The notes under the pieces are model-generated. The model searched no databases, was not told where the DNA came from, and saw only the letters and a list, made by a program, of their open reading frames with translations. The translations under genes and the position numbers were made by a program. DNA of 63,856 bases, counting the filler. It is 14 parts of 14 records of this genome, joined end to end, with 100 filler letters (N's around TTAATTAATTAA, not from the genome) between each part and the next. Parts side by side here need not be neighbours in the genome. Positions count along the whole stretch, not along the records: positions 46,373 to 51,742 come from SRR15195285_934; positions 51,843 to 55,011 come from SRR15195285_937; positions 55,112 to 60,575 come from SRR15195285_941; 11 more parts are not named here. One strand, written 5' to 3'. Shown here in pieces: positions 46,493-58,100 of this stretch; positions within the stretch are counted from its first letter, which is position 1, and every line of letters starts with the position of its first letter.

Positions 46493-48268
46493 ATGCTCGC
46501 CGGGCTCTCGCTCTCGCTCATGGCGGACCACCTAGGTAACGGTTTTGAACCCCGGTTTTTGTCAGCGCTGACAGCACTTGCTCCCGGCTCAGCAGCCACG
46601 GTGGCCGAGAAAGAGCAAGCCACGCGAATTGTTCGTCTGGCACTATCCGTCGAAGCCGACCCTCCAATCGACGCTGTGCTCCAGGGTGGCTTGGCCCCGA
46701 GCTTGGTGGAGTCTCTTCGAGCGTTCGACAACCCTCAGCTGCAGTTCGAGGCGGCGTGGGCGTTGACCAACATTTGCTCAGGAACATCTGACCACGTTGA
46801 GGCCCTGGTCGCCTGTGGTGCCGTGCCCGCGCTGGTGGATCTGCTGCCCCGCCCTGCCTGTGAGTCGGCCACACTCGGCTCCGATACTGGAACCTCGAGC
46901 GAAGCCGAGCGTCCTGACATCGAAGAGCAGGCCATTTGGGCCCTGGGCAACATCGCCGGCGACTCTGCTAGTTGCCGTGACCAGGTCTTGGCGACTCGAG
47001 GACTGGCGGCGCTCGTGCACCTACTCAAGGGTCACGATGCGGGTCTTCCGATATCACTTCAACAGACAGCGGTGTGGGCCCTGAGCAACCTATGTCGAGG
47101 GAAGCCTCTCCCGGCAGCTGCTACTATTCGCCCCGCCCTGCCCTGCCTGGCCGACTTGCTGACGTCCTCAGACAACCAGACAGTGGCTGACGCGTGCTGG
47201 GCGCTTTCGTTTCTGATGGACGGAGGGTCGCCAGAGCGGGTCCGTGAAGTGATTGTTGCTGGCGGTACCCATACCTGTGTGGTAGGAACGGCGCTTCAAG
47301 CTGCTCACTTGCGGCTCGACGTCGCACGATTGTCGCATGGTCGCATTGGATCGTCATCTCCGTTCCCAGATGCTTTGGACATCGAGGTACTCGCACGTGT
47401 ATCGGCCCATATCGTGGAGGGGCAGGTCGCGCCACGGCTGGCAGCACTCTTATGCCATGACGCAACCAATGTCAAGTCTGCGGCATTGGCTGCGATTGTG
47501 AACATCACTGCCGGGATAAAGACCCACTCAACGATCGTGGTTGACTGCATTGGATGGAGTGGTTTGTGTCACCTGCTCGCAAATAGGGATGTGCATGTAA
47601 AGATGGACACGTGCACGGTTGTTTCGCACACCGTAACTGCAGCCAACGCGCAGCTGCAAAGTGCTATCGACTGTGGAATGGTAATGGATCTGGTTAAACT
47701 GATTTTAAGGGAGGACACGCGGCCGGCCACTTCGTGCGCTGCTGCTCGAGCGCTCGTAAGTGTGGTTACCCACGCTACCGACGACCAGATTGTTCGGCAC
47801 TTTGTGCGAGAAGGGAAGCCACAGCCTGGGCACCTGTGCTTCGCTATGCTAAGCGTGCGGTATGCGCAGGAAAACCGCGAGCAGGATGTAGATACAGATG
47901 TAGCTGGATTAAGGGAGGCGTTGGTAGCCGTGTCGAGGCTTCTAAAATCAGTCGTAAAGCAACGATCTAAGGATTCGGATGCAGAGGCCACCATTCCCAT
48001 CGGCCTTCTCGCTACACCTAGGGACAGTGATGGCACATTGCTGCCTACGGCCTGTATGCAGGTGGAAAGCGACGAGCTGTTTGCGGTCGCAGAGAGCCTT
48101 GCCGAAAAGCTTACGGCCAATGAATACGACCTCGATGAAGAAGTCATAAGACGAGCGGAGCAAGTGCTCGAGGCAGACTTCTTAGTGGCCTCCAGTGTGC
48201 ATGTATCTCCCGCTCCTGCTCTCGAGGCTGATGCGAGTGGTGATGGTCGTTGTGGCACAGAGGCATGA
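46493..48268 (+). CDS. Importin-alpha-like ARM-repeat protein (no IBB domain, divergent C-terminal half)
   Basis: PQLQFEAAWALTNICSGTSDH, EQAIWALGNIAGDS..RD, TAVWALSNLCRGKP, DACWALSFL match importin-alpha ARM2-5. Confidence 0.8.
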   Translation: MLAGLSLSLMADHLGNGFEPRFLSALTALAPGSAATVAEKEQATRIVRLALSVEADPPIDAVLQGGLAPSLVESLRAFDNPQLQFEAAWALTNICSGTSDHVEALVACGAVPALVDLLPRPACESATLGSDTGTSSEAERPDIEEQAIWALGNIAGDSASCRDQVLATRGLAALVHLLKGHDAGLPISLQQTAVWALSNLCRGKPLPAAATIRPALPCLADLLTSSDNQTVADACWALSFLMDGGSPERVREVIVAGGTHTCVVGTALQAAHLRLDVARLSHGRIGSSSPFPDALDIEVLARVSAHIVEGQVAPRLAALLCHDATNVKSAALAAIVNITAGIKTHSTIVVDCIGWSGLCHLLANRDVHVKMDTCTVVSHTVTAANAQLQSAIDCGMVMDLVKLILREDTRPATSCAAARALVSVVTHATDDQIVRHFVREGKPQPGHLCFAMLSVRYAQENREQDVDTDVAGLREALVAVSRLLKSVVKQRSKDSDAEATIPIGLLATPRDSDGTLLPTACMQVESDELFAVAESLAEKLTANEYDLDEEVIRRAEQVLEADFLVASSVHVSPAPALEADASGDGRCGTEA

Positions 48269-48587
48269 TCGCCGTTTCTGCCGAGGTTTAGGCGATGCTA
48301 GTGGCCTGCGGTCGGCCGAGCGGACTGAAGAGTCTTCTCCAGAGCTGGCGTTCTCCCATGCGATGCGCCGTACTCGTGCCACCGATTAATGCACTGATGA
48401 AGAACAATATTCAGTGCACGGGAGAGAGTTGTGTGTTTGTTGCTGGGCGAGATGTTTTGTCCCCGGCATGCGGACGCGCCCGGCGAATTCAAAAAAAGTG
48501 GACGGTGAGTTCTCTCGAAAGGTTGCGCCGAGAGCTGTCGGCACGATCTGAGAACTTGCGCTGAGAGTTGTCGGCGCGCGACATCAA

Positions 48588-48715
48588 AAGCCACTTGTCA
48601 GGGGTGTCAGGGGTCAAAACCATTCTACAAAACTTTTGGGTGAGGGTGAAAGAATAATAACACAATGTTTATGGATTTGACCCTTGGCACCCCTGGCAGG
48701 CCTGACAGGTGGCTT
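48588..48715. repeat. Inverted-repeat element built from 9-bp units around an AT-rich core
   Basis: Left arm AAGCCACT-TGTCAGGGG-TGTCAGGGG-TCAAA. Reverse complement of right arm AAGCCACC-TGTCAGGCC-TGCCAGGGG-TGCCAAGGG-TCAAA. Spacer about 57 bp, AT-rich. Confidence 0.85.
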
Positions 48716-49378
48716 ATCCTAGCACAAAAGCCATCTTTGACTCACGTCGGACGATGGCGCCTCACACCACGTTCTCCCACTGCGGCTCCGCGTACAGGGC
48801 TGCCGCCGGCATCTGAACATGCAGACGAAGGTCTCGGTGATCACCGCCCAGCGCCGATTGGCGCCACTGGGGGGGCAGCTTGGCGCCGTCTGTGGCGGTT
48901 TCCGCTATTAAGCAGCGGAAACCACCACAGACGGCCACTCTGCGCAGCATTGAAACATTCCGGCGCTTATCGATTGACTCCAAGAGTATGTTTTATAATG
49001 TACCTTCAGGTACCGGTACTGTAGGTACCTCCTCCGCAACTGTAAATCGCAGAACGCAGATGCATTGTACTGTATTGGATTGTGTACTAGTATGGGATTT
49101 GATGTGATGGCGTGGCGCCCACAGTGGTCGCCGGGTTTAAGGGCAGCGGAGGCGGCAGCACCCAGCAAATGCTGGGGTAGCGGCCGGTAGAGGTGGGGTA
49201 GCTAGGCAGGTCAGGATGTAGACACATCCTAGGTAGGATGCCTATGGCTAGGCTTATTGGCTGCAGCATCCGGTCCCCAAGCCGCTTGCCAATGTCAAAG
49301 ACGAGGGCGCCATATAATTGTTTCTCGCGGCACCACGCAGTGCATTTCCACGCACACATCCACACACGTTCTTGAGGC

Positions 49379-51463
49379 CTACTCCAGGCCCGACAAAAGC
49401 GGCGATTTCAGTCCAGCCGTCGACGTCTTGCCCTTTAGCTTCGCGAGCTCCGACGGTGAATAGTGCTCCGCATCAGCATCGGCCGCGAGCTCTCCATCAA
49501 ACTGCGCGTGCATCTTCTCCATAGCCGATGGCTCCCAGTGGTTCCACACGGCCAAGAATGGCACAAACTGGAAACACCAGAAAATGAATGCTGATGCCCA
49601 TAGTGCGCACGGCCCGATCTCATCATACGCCCAACCAACGAATAGAGATGCTGACAGCCTCGCGATACCCATCCTGCAGATTATCATGCCACCGCACTTC
49701 TGTGTCAATTGTGTCAACAGTGGCAGCATGATCAACTTGATAATGATGTCGATCCAGTAGCAAGCAAGGTGTCTGCACAGAGTGAATACATCGATGCGCT
49801 CGGCTAGGCCTGGCGATTCGGCCTGTATCTACAGCTATCATGTACAATGTTAGGCAAGAAACGACTAGCAGTGGGCTTACAGTAGCTGCAGAATGGACAT
49901 GAACACGCTCATGTGGTGCTGGCCCAGGAGCTTCGAGTAGATCCCAACGTTTGATGGCACCTGCTCATGTCACCACCGTCATTCCCGAGCGTCATGGTCA
50001 GAATTCACGGAACACACGTGATATTCGATGCATAGGCTTTCTTCGTAAACCAACAGGTAATCCATAGTGGCCACATGGTGAAAAAGACAATTGCAGATGC
50101 ACACAGATACCTGTGCGGGAAATGTCATCTGGTAGTAGCAAGTGAGCGCAACGAACCCCACCAACGAGTGCAATCGCGGCTCGTCCGGCGAGTGTGGGGT
50201 GTAATCGCTCCAGCCTGAACCTGCAGATTCTTGGTCGATGCAACCCCATAGCAACATCATTGTAAGAAGGCCTGGTCCAATAAACAACTGCGCGACAAAA
50301 ATGCAGTTTCGATCTTTGAACCCGTTTCGCGGGAGCCGCCCGGTGAAGGTTGTCGAAAATATTCCCAGCGGCGCGGTCGTGGCGGTAAGAATTGAGTTTT
50401 CGAGCTGTCCCCAGCCAAAATTATGGTTTGAAACGATCGAGATCGCAAAGTTCACGACTTGGCTGTTGTAGTTGTTTTGCATGGACAACACATAGCTGAC
50501 CCACGCGCGAGTGCGACGCAGGTGATGCAACGTCCATCGTACACTCGGTAGCTGTGGCTTATTCCCAGAAACGATCCCGACTCCGGGTCGCGGCGGCTCG
50601 ATAAAACGTCGCCTCAAGAAATATAAGCTGAATGCATTTGTGCAGAAGATGAACCAGCCGACGTACGAGTATCGGGAGAACATGCAGTAAGTCTCTGGCG
50701 ACTCCGGATCGGACCCGCATTGGCCAGCTCCGTCAGGAAAGAACCACGGTGAGAATGCAGGCAGCGCGATGAAAAACAAGTTCAGCGCAGGACCAGATGG
50801 CGTGACCATTCGCCCAAGCGATTGATTGTAACCGACATATGTGCTGCGCTCAGAGACCGGCGTCTGCGTCGCGAAAAATGCCGAGGAAGGTACGCTCATC
50901 CCCGACCCAATTCCCGTAACGATGCGCCCAAGATATAGTGTCAAGATACCCCAGTACCCGAACATCGCAACCGCCAAGGGGGCCATGGCGTATAAGACGC
51001 CGCCTAACATACCGCAGCAAAGCCCAAAGCTCATCGTCGTTTTGAAGGGCAGTCTATCAGAGTACGCTCCAAAACCGACGAGCGAGATGCAGCGGAACAG
51101 CCAGAAGACGGCTCCCAGCCGCCCGTACGTCCGGGCATCGCCTCCTAATGATACAGTGTACAGGAAGAGCGAAGGGTTGGCTAGGGTACCTTCCATAGCG
51201 GAAACGAATGTGATTGTGAACAGACACCAGACATTCTTCTTGAACAGGTACATCCGCTCTTCCGGCGTGATCGGGTAGCGCATGTGGATTGTGCCGACGT
51301 CACAGTTGGGAGGCGCCTCCGGCTCCATGCGCAGCTCATTCCAGAAACTGGGCTGCTTGGCAGGCGCCACAGGTGTCTGGCCCGTTTCGCGCTGCTTCTC
51401 GAGCTGAAGGAAAAGCTCGTCTATGTCTACCGCAGCCGGCTGCTTGCGGAGCCCAAACACCAT
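49379..51463 (-). CDS. Major facilitator superfamily transporter (MFSD8-like), multi-exon
   Basis: FGAYSDRLP, YLGRIVTGIGSG, TPVSERSTY..LGRMVTPSGP, about 12 TM segments; further exons near 49882-49960 (IYSKLLG) and 49379-49673. Confidence 0.85.
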
Positions 51464-52056
51464 CCCGCCCGCACAGCAGGCTGGCTATATGTGCTCCGGC
51501 GCGCGATCCTCGCTCCGATCCTCTCTCGTCCACGCAGCTGGCCGGTGACTGCTCCTGCGCCGACCGACACCAGAGTGCTGGTTTTAGGAGGACAATGTTG
51601 TCGAACACACACGCGCGCTCAGCCTCCGCCGTCGTCCGCACCGCCACATCCAACGCCGAGTGGACGTGCGCAGCACCCGCGGGCGCGGCCGGCGCGCACC
51701 CCAGCTGCATGCGCGCCGGGTGCGTCGATCAGACCCAAGGCCNNNNNNNNNNNNNNNNNNNNNNNNNNNNNNNNNNNNNNNNNNNNTTAATTAATTAANN
51801 NNNNNNNNNNNNNNNNNNNNNNNNNNNNNNNNNNNNNNNNNNATTCGTGGGCCGCGCCAGCATGCACGCGCGTCGTCCGGCGGCGGCGCGCGGGCGTGCA
51901 TGTCGTCGTCCGCGCGGCGCTTACAAGTTCGCGTGGCGTGTAGTGCGTGAAACCCCCTGCAAGTGCGAGTGCGGTGGTGGGCGATTTGTCAGTTGCGCCC
52001 TGGCGACGCCCGCCGAAGGACGAGAAGGAGTGTAGAGCACGGGCACGATTCCGGCC

Positions 52057-53533
52057 ATGCAGCGGCGGCGCTATGAGAACAGGCTCACCCCCATCGAGCC
52101 ACGGCCGCTGCTGGCGCAGTGGCCTCAGTTTGTTCAGCCGGTCGTTTCTAGGGCACATTACGAGGCACCGATGCTGGTGGACGACGGCGAAGAGGCAGAG
52201 ATTTCCGTCCGCGCGTGGCGGTGGAGCTATAACGGTGCGTCCGTGAGCAATGTCTGGTTCGCTTGTGACTACAGTGTAGAGCACCGCGAATCATCACAGG
52301 GTGCGCACCCTTTCGCTGCGTGCGTGTGGCACAGCGCGGGGCATAGTCGAGCTCCCAAACCGGCTCAGGGCGGCACAGACTGTAGTCGTTGTGGTTCATC
52401 CATGGTGAACTCCTCCCCACCCATCTGCGATGCCCAAGCAGTGTCCGCATTTCAACTGCGCCGTTGGATTGAGCGGGACCGTTGAACAGTCTGCTGCGCA
52501 TGCAATGGACGGCAATAGGGGGATCGATGATGGACAGGGCTGGCGAACTCCACAGCCGGCAGGGGTGTGTGACATGTGCACAGAGGAAAAAAATGCACTC
52601 GCAGGCCAACATACGGTGCAAGTCGTCAACCCACTGGTAGGCCGGCTGAGAGATGTCGGGTGCGCAGTTGTCTACAGCATGCGAGGTAGAACGCACCCAA
52701 TTACAGATCGACTGTACCGCACCCTGCACACAGTTCCGCCTAGTGCTGCCGATCGCGATACCGCCAGGCTGGAGCTCAACGCAGCGCTGCAATCGTTTGA
52801 TTACGATGGTCACGACAGCATTCCTACCGAGCTCGACCTGTCGCAAAACTCACCTGTTAGCGATTACTTTAGGCAGTTTCCAGGGCTAGACGCTGGTCCA
52901 GCATACAATGGGGAGGGCTTCTGGGAGCTGCCTGTGCCGGTGGTCAAGTATCTAGAGGTCCACAACAACGACGTGGTGTGCTGGGATGAGCAAGTAAGCC
53001 CCCAAATGCAGACTACCCTGAAGAGGCAACACGCCCCTTCAATCCCCGACAATTGACGGGTGCGGCATAATTGTGTCGCAGGGCTATCCACTCCTTCGCG
53101 ACTTCCTGCGCAATGGTGGCATTCGCCATGTCATCATGATGGGTTACGCGGCAGACATGTGCCTGATCTCGACGACGGCGGGATATGAGAATATCTCCAA
53201 GGACTTCAACTGTTTCGTCGTAGGGGATGCTACGCTCGCGACATTCCCCGCCAATGACACCCCGGCCTTTGCAACCGTATGGGCGATACTCTACCTTTTG
53301 CTGAAAACAATTGTTTCGGAAAAAATTATGATTTCTTCCTCTTGATTGCCGACAATGGGCTCTGTTCGTTATTGATACTCACTTACACTCGTGCTGCCCA
53401 CACGGTTTCACAGAACGCAGCGATATCGTTTGCGAGTTTGCAGCAGCTGATTACGGAGTGCTCATGGATCGAGACAGGACAGCGAGACTCTGACGAGGAC
53501 ATGCCGAGGAGGAGCGGCTCAGCACGTCTTTGA
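52057..53533 (+). CDS. Isochorismatase/cysteine-hydrolase-like protein of bacterial type; introns 52235-52334, 52405-52518, 52994-53081, 53277-53413
   Basis: Splicing yields one continuous protein: RAWRWSYN|ARGIVELPNRLRAAQTVVVVVHPW|GIDDGQGW..WDEQ|GYPLLRDFL..GIRHVIMMGYAADMCL..VVGDATLATFP..AT|NAAISFAS. The start codon is uncertain. Confidence 0.75.
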
Positions 53534-53739
53534 CCGAGATCACGCCGATACCACAACCAATATCACGACCCTATCGGCACGATCCGGACGTGGTACCCAA
53601 TAATTATCGAAAGCAATGGTGATGTACAAACCAAAACGATCCGAATGATACGTACTGACATCGAGGCATAAGGCGCCCCCTTATGCCGGTTGTCACCGCT
53701 CACGGTCTGCGCAACTGCGCTCGAACCCACACACCGTAC

Positions 53740-54634
53740 TCAGGCAGGGGCTGGTGCCGGCTCCGACTCGTCTGGACCTGCCGCCGATCTGTTCTCCATT
53801 CAAAACGATTTGTTAGCATAGGAATGGTGGCTGACGATCCACAACACGTGCTGCCATGGCAGGTGGGAGAACAACATGGTGAGGACGCACCCCTCCAGCA
53901 ACCAATGCCGCATCGTTGTATCGGACCCTAGCAGGGTGCCTAACTTCTCGGACCCCGCCGGCGCCAGGTGCAACCCATCGCCCTCCCAGTACCCATCCGT
54001 CTCCGACCATGGAAGCTCCTTAGTAACATCCACCCATATAGTCTGCGCTGTATCACGTGCCCATCTCTCTAGTAGCTCGTTAGTGCGCCGCCAATTTCCT
54101 TGATATGCCTCCAGCTCTGGCCGCTGAAGGGTGGTGAACTTGTTCGGAGGGATCGGAAGAGTGGCGGTGCGGATCCCGTGGCCGTGACAGACCTGGTGCA
54201 GCTGTTGAATTGCCTGGCAGATACTTTCAGGCGTCAGGTTTGCCTCAGCCAGGTCGTTTGTCCCCAGCTGCAGTGACAGTCAGCAGTGTGAGCTCCGCAA
54301 CGCGACAAGCGCTACACGAGTGAGGTGAAGTTACCATGATGAGCGCAGCCTCGTATTGCTTTGACTGTGCTGCACGCTGACAAAGAACGTTCAACCCGGA
54401 GTACTCTTGCCCACATACATCGCGCTCTGACTGCGACTCCAGCACGTGCACCAACTGCGTCGCTTGAAGCCCCGACGCCCCACACACATCGATCGCAGTG
54501 GTAGGGCAACCAATGGCGCTGGCAAGTGCGCCTGCGTAGGGCGAAAACGCGAGGCCATCTGAGTGGTAACCTGCAGTGAGGCTATCGCCAAACGCCAAGA
54601 AGCATGGCGGAGCAGCTGGGCCAGGAGGATCCAT
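53740..54634 (-). CDS. SGNH/GDSL-family hydrolase, two introns
   Basis: Block I FGDSLTAGY, block II GASG, block III M|LGTNDL, block V DGLHL..G. Confidence 0.85.
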
Positions 54635-54843
54635 GCTAGTTCTCAGAGCTTCCCCGGCTGTGCTGGACCCGGGCTCGGAATTCACGTGCGCGCACAGACA
54701 GCACCGCATACTAGATCTAGTATCCACATCAGACCCGCACGAACGGTCGGTGTCCCGAGGAACGCCACCTCGCGCGGATGCACATGTTTTAAGACATATA
54801 TATCCACCCGCGCCGGATGACCGGTTTAAGGATTGCAGAATCC

Positions 54844-54871
54844 GTTCGGGTTGGGACGTCCCAACCCGAAC
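54844..54871. repeat. Perfect 28-bp palindrome upstream of the SGNH gene
   Basis: GTTCGGGTTGGGAC|GTCCCAACCCGAAC. Confidence 0.95.
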
Positions 54872-55111
54872 TTTTCGTCCAGAGTTCTGCCGCGCGCGCA
54901 AGCAAAAGATCAGGGAATTGCTCTAGTTTAGGAGCACGGCTGCACCGGCGCGCGAAACGGCTCCCTTCGGAAATTCGCCTAGTTTTCGACAACTCCTGTA
55001 TCCGCCCATTTNNNNNNNNNNNNNNNNNNNNNNNNNNNNNNNNNNNNNNNNNNNNTTAATTAATTAANNNNNNNNNNNNNNNNNNNNNNNNNNNNNNNNN
55101 NNNNNNNNNNN

Positions 55112-55141
55112 GGGTGTGACGGTGAAGAACGAAGGACTGAC
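55112..55141 (+). repeat. 30-nt direct repeat, identical to the contig's other end (60546-60575)
   Basis: GGGTGTGACGGTGAAGAACGAAGGACTGAC at both termini. Confidence 0.95.
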
Positions 55142-58100
55142 GATTGCATCCGGAGGCATCGATGTTCAGGACGGAGGATGTCGAGTTGCTGGAGGGCTTG
55201 CTGTCTCGTGCGGTGGAGTCACCGTGGTATCAGGCCACGTCAACGCGAATGGTGGCTTGGAAATATTTTCGGGAGGAACTCAAGTTGGCGAGAGTATGCG
55301 TGTTGCCAACGGTGGCATGCAGGTTGGGTTTGGCGTTTCTGTACAAGCCGGAGGGGCCTTGATGCACGGCCCAGTCTCCGTCCGCGACCTAGGTGTTAAC
55401 AGTTTCGGGTTGTCTACATTTCGGGCAGGCCTTCGCGTTCGCGGTGGAGTTTCGATAGGTGATGTTGGTGTTCAGATCGGAGGCGGTGTGGCCATTTCAA
55501 ACGGCCGCTTAGGACTCGGCAGCGACGATGTTTTCAACCAAATAGTAGTTCGCGGACAATCAAGCATAGGACCTGTTGTGTCACAGTCGAACCCGAGCGA
55601 TGTCGTTTTCGAGGGCCCGTACAAGGGCTCTGCTTACCCAGCACGCATCGAGGTTCATATCGACAGCTCGGCAGGCGCTGAACCGACTGATACTTTCGCT
55701 TGGCTGAAATGCACCACAGTCGATGGAGGTGAGGACCTCGCATTTTTCGTTTTTTTTCCATTTGTTTTTGTTTTTCCGTTTAGATCGATTTTCAAATCGA
55801 TGATCTAACCCTCCTTTATGCTCTGAACCGCGATGCAATACTAGTGTGCGTGCACACTGAGGCGTCTCAGACTGGTGTACCAATAGCTGTAAGACCCGAT
55901 GGCCGGCCCGTGCCACAATTGCTCATCGACGGTGTACGTGTAACGTTTGTATCTGCCACGGGCCATCAAGTAGGAGAAAGTTGGTCAGCGACTCTTTCTG
56001 CTGTGAATGCACTAGCATTACGTAGCGTCCGGTCGGTCGAACGAGTTGTTGTTGGACAGGACGGAAGCATAGCAGCCGGCGGGGGGTTGGCGCTGGGCGC
56101 TGGAATGCGCGCCGGGGACGCCGTCCAGGTAGTGAATGGCCGAGTGATAGTCTTACAAGGCTCGGACATCTTTGGTCAGCTGAAGACCGATGGTGCGATA
56201 TCTCATCTGGCCATCTCGTGCAATGCCGACTGTGCAATGCAAAGATGACCGTATGATACTCAGGGACGTTCGTGCTTGGTGTTCAGGGCTCGCTATACAA
56301 GAAGGGAGTCTGACTAGCTCTGGTAGGACCCTCCACATGTGTATCTTGACAGGTCACGCCAAGCATCGTAGCACCTTGAACGCTCATACCGTCCACGCGG
56401 TTCTCGGTCCAGTGCTCCTGTCGAACTTTGCACGCTGATGTCCTTGTCGCCCGTCTTGCGCTGCAGGTGCCACTACAGTTGCAGCAGCTGGACAGCTTGT
56501 CGTGCACTCGGGGGCTGATGTACACGACAGTTTAGCGGTCTTCGGCGCCGAAGTAGTACATGGTGCTCTGGTTGTGAATGGCAGCGTCAGTAGTGCAGGT
56601 GGCCTCGTTCTGTCGCATGGCAGCGTCCAGATTGATGGGGATGTGGAACTTCATGGGACCACGAGTGCTGGTTTGTCATCTCTTGCTGGAGGAATGCTTG
56701 TCTCCCACCAAGGCTTGCGGGTCGGTCACAGGGTCAGCGTTCAAGGCTTTGCTGGATTCGCCAGTGGTACAATGGGCTTGGCTGCGTCGGGGGGGTTAAA
56801 TGCCAGCAGAGGTACGTCTTTTATTTTCAGGGTGCTGGTCAATTGCATTGACACGCAAGCAAGACTGCTGCAGTCCACTCGTGTCACGTTTCTGAGCATA
56901 GCGTTTGACGTTTGCCGTTTGCCGTTTGCCGATCTGGCAACGGTACGTAGGCGCTACGGTCAGCGGGTTTGCATCTGTATCGAATGGCGTCGATGTGCGG
57001 GGAGGAGGCGTGCATGTAGCAGGTGGAGCCTTGCTGCAAGGTGGGGTGAGGACCGGCGCAGGCTTCATCTCGGTAGGCACACTACACCTTGACGGTGCTC
57101 CAGCTGACTTCTCTCAATCAACCATCGCAGGTGGGTTGCGAGCAAGCGGATCAATGGATATCTTGCACGGTGGTCTGGCGGTATCTGAAACAGGTGCATA
57201 TGTTAGTGGAGGTCTTCATGTGTCTGAGATAGGATTGAACGTTGTTGACGGAGGCTTACATGTGGTTCAAACTGGTGCCTTGGTATCGGGCGGTGAGCGA
57301 GTCGCGGGTGGTGGTGTGCTGGTTCGTGGAATCGGAGACATAGTTGGAGCAGCACGAATCAGAGGGGGCACACGCTTGGCCAACACGACCACGATTGGGT
57401 CTGGCGGAATGCATGTTCTCGGGGGTGCTGGCATGGCTGTGGCGAACGGAATGCGCGCCATCGATGCAGGGGTGGAGATGGCTGGGAGATTTTCTGTGGT
57501 CAGTGGTGAAACGCTTGTTCACGGTGGCATAGACGCAAAAACTGATGGAATTTGGGTTGCAACTGGTGGCGTCAGTGTGCAAAGTGGCGAGGTTTCTGTT
57601 GCTGGATACGGCAATGCTAGTTTCTTGCTGGATATCGTTGCCAGTAGCAAAGCGTCCGCTGGCATGCGGGATGTGTCAGGCGCGACAGGTGTGATCATCT
57701 CAGACGCGGGCGAGATGCGAATCAGCGGAGGAGCAGCAGTCCGCGGTGGAATGACGATGGTAGGCGAATTGTCTGCTCTCAATGGCACCGAGATCAGCAG
57801 TGGCGGCATGAAAGTTTCGGGTAGGTTGCTGGTGCAAAGCGGGTTCGCTGTTGTTGGCAACACAAGCAGTACAAGCGGCGCAACAGCCCATGGCGGGATT
57901 TCTACCTCTGGCTTGCCGCTAATCGTTGATGGAGGCGCTACGATTGTTGGCTCAAGCAAGTCGAGAGTGTTTGGTGGATTGACGGTATCAGACTCTGGCA
58001 TAGACATCCGGTCTGGCGGGGCTACCATGTCGGGTGGCGCAGTTGCGCACGCGCCGATCACCGTGAGTGCGAGTGACTTGTCAGGTGCGGGCCGATCGTG

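Noticed and set aside
49160-49232. Two short hairpins near a CTAG, resembling a Helitron 3' end
   Set aside because: Spacing is atypical and there is no other Helitron evidence.
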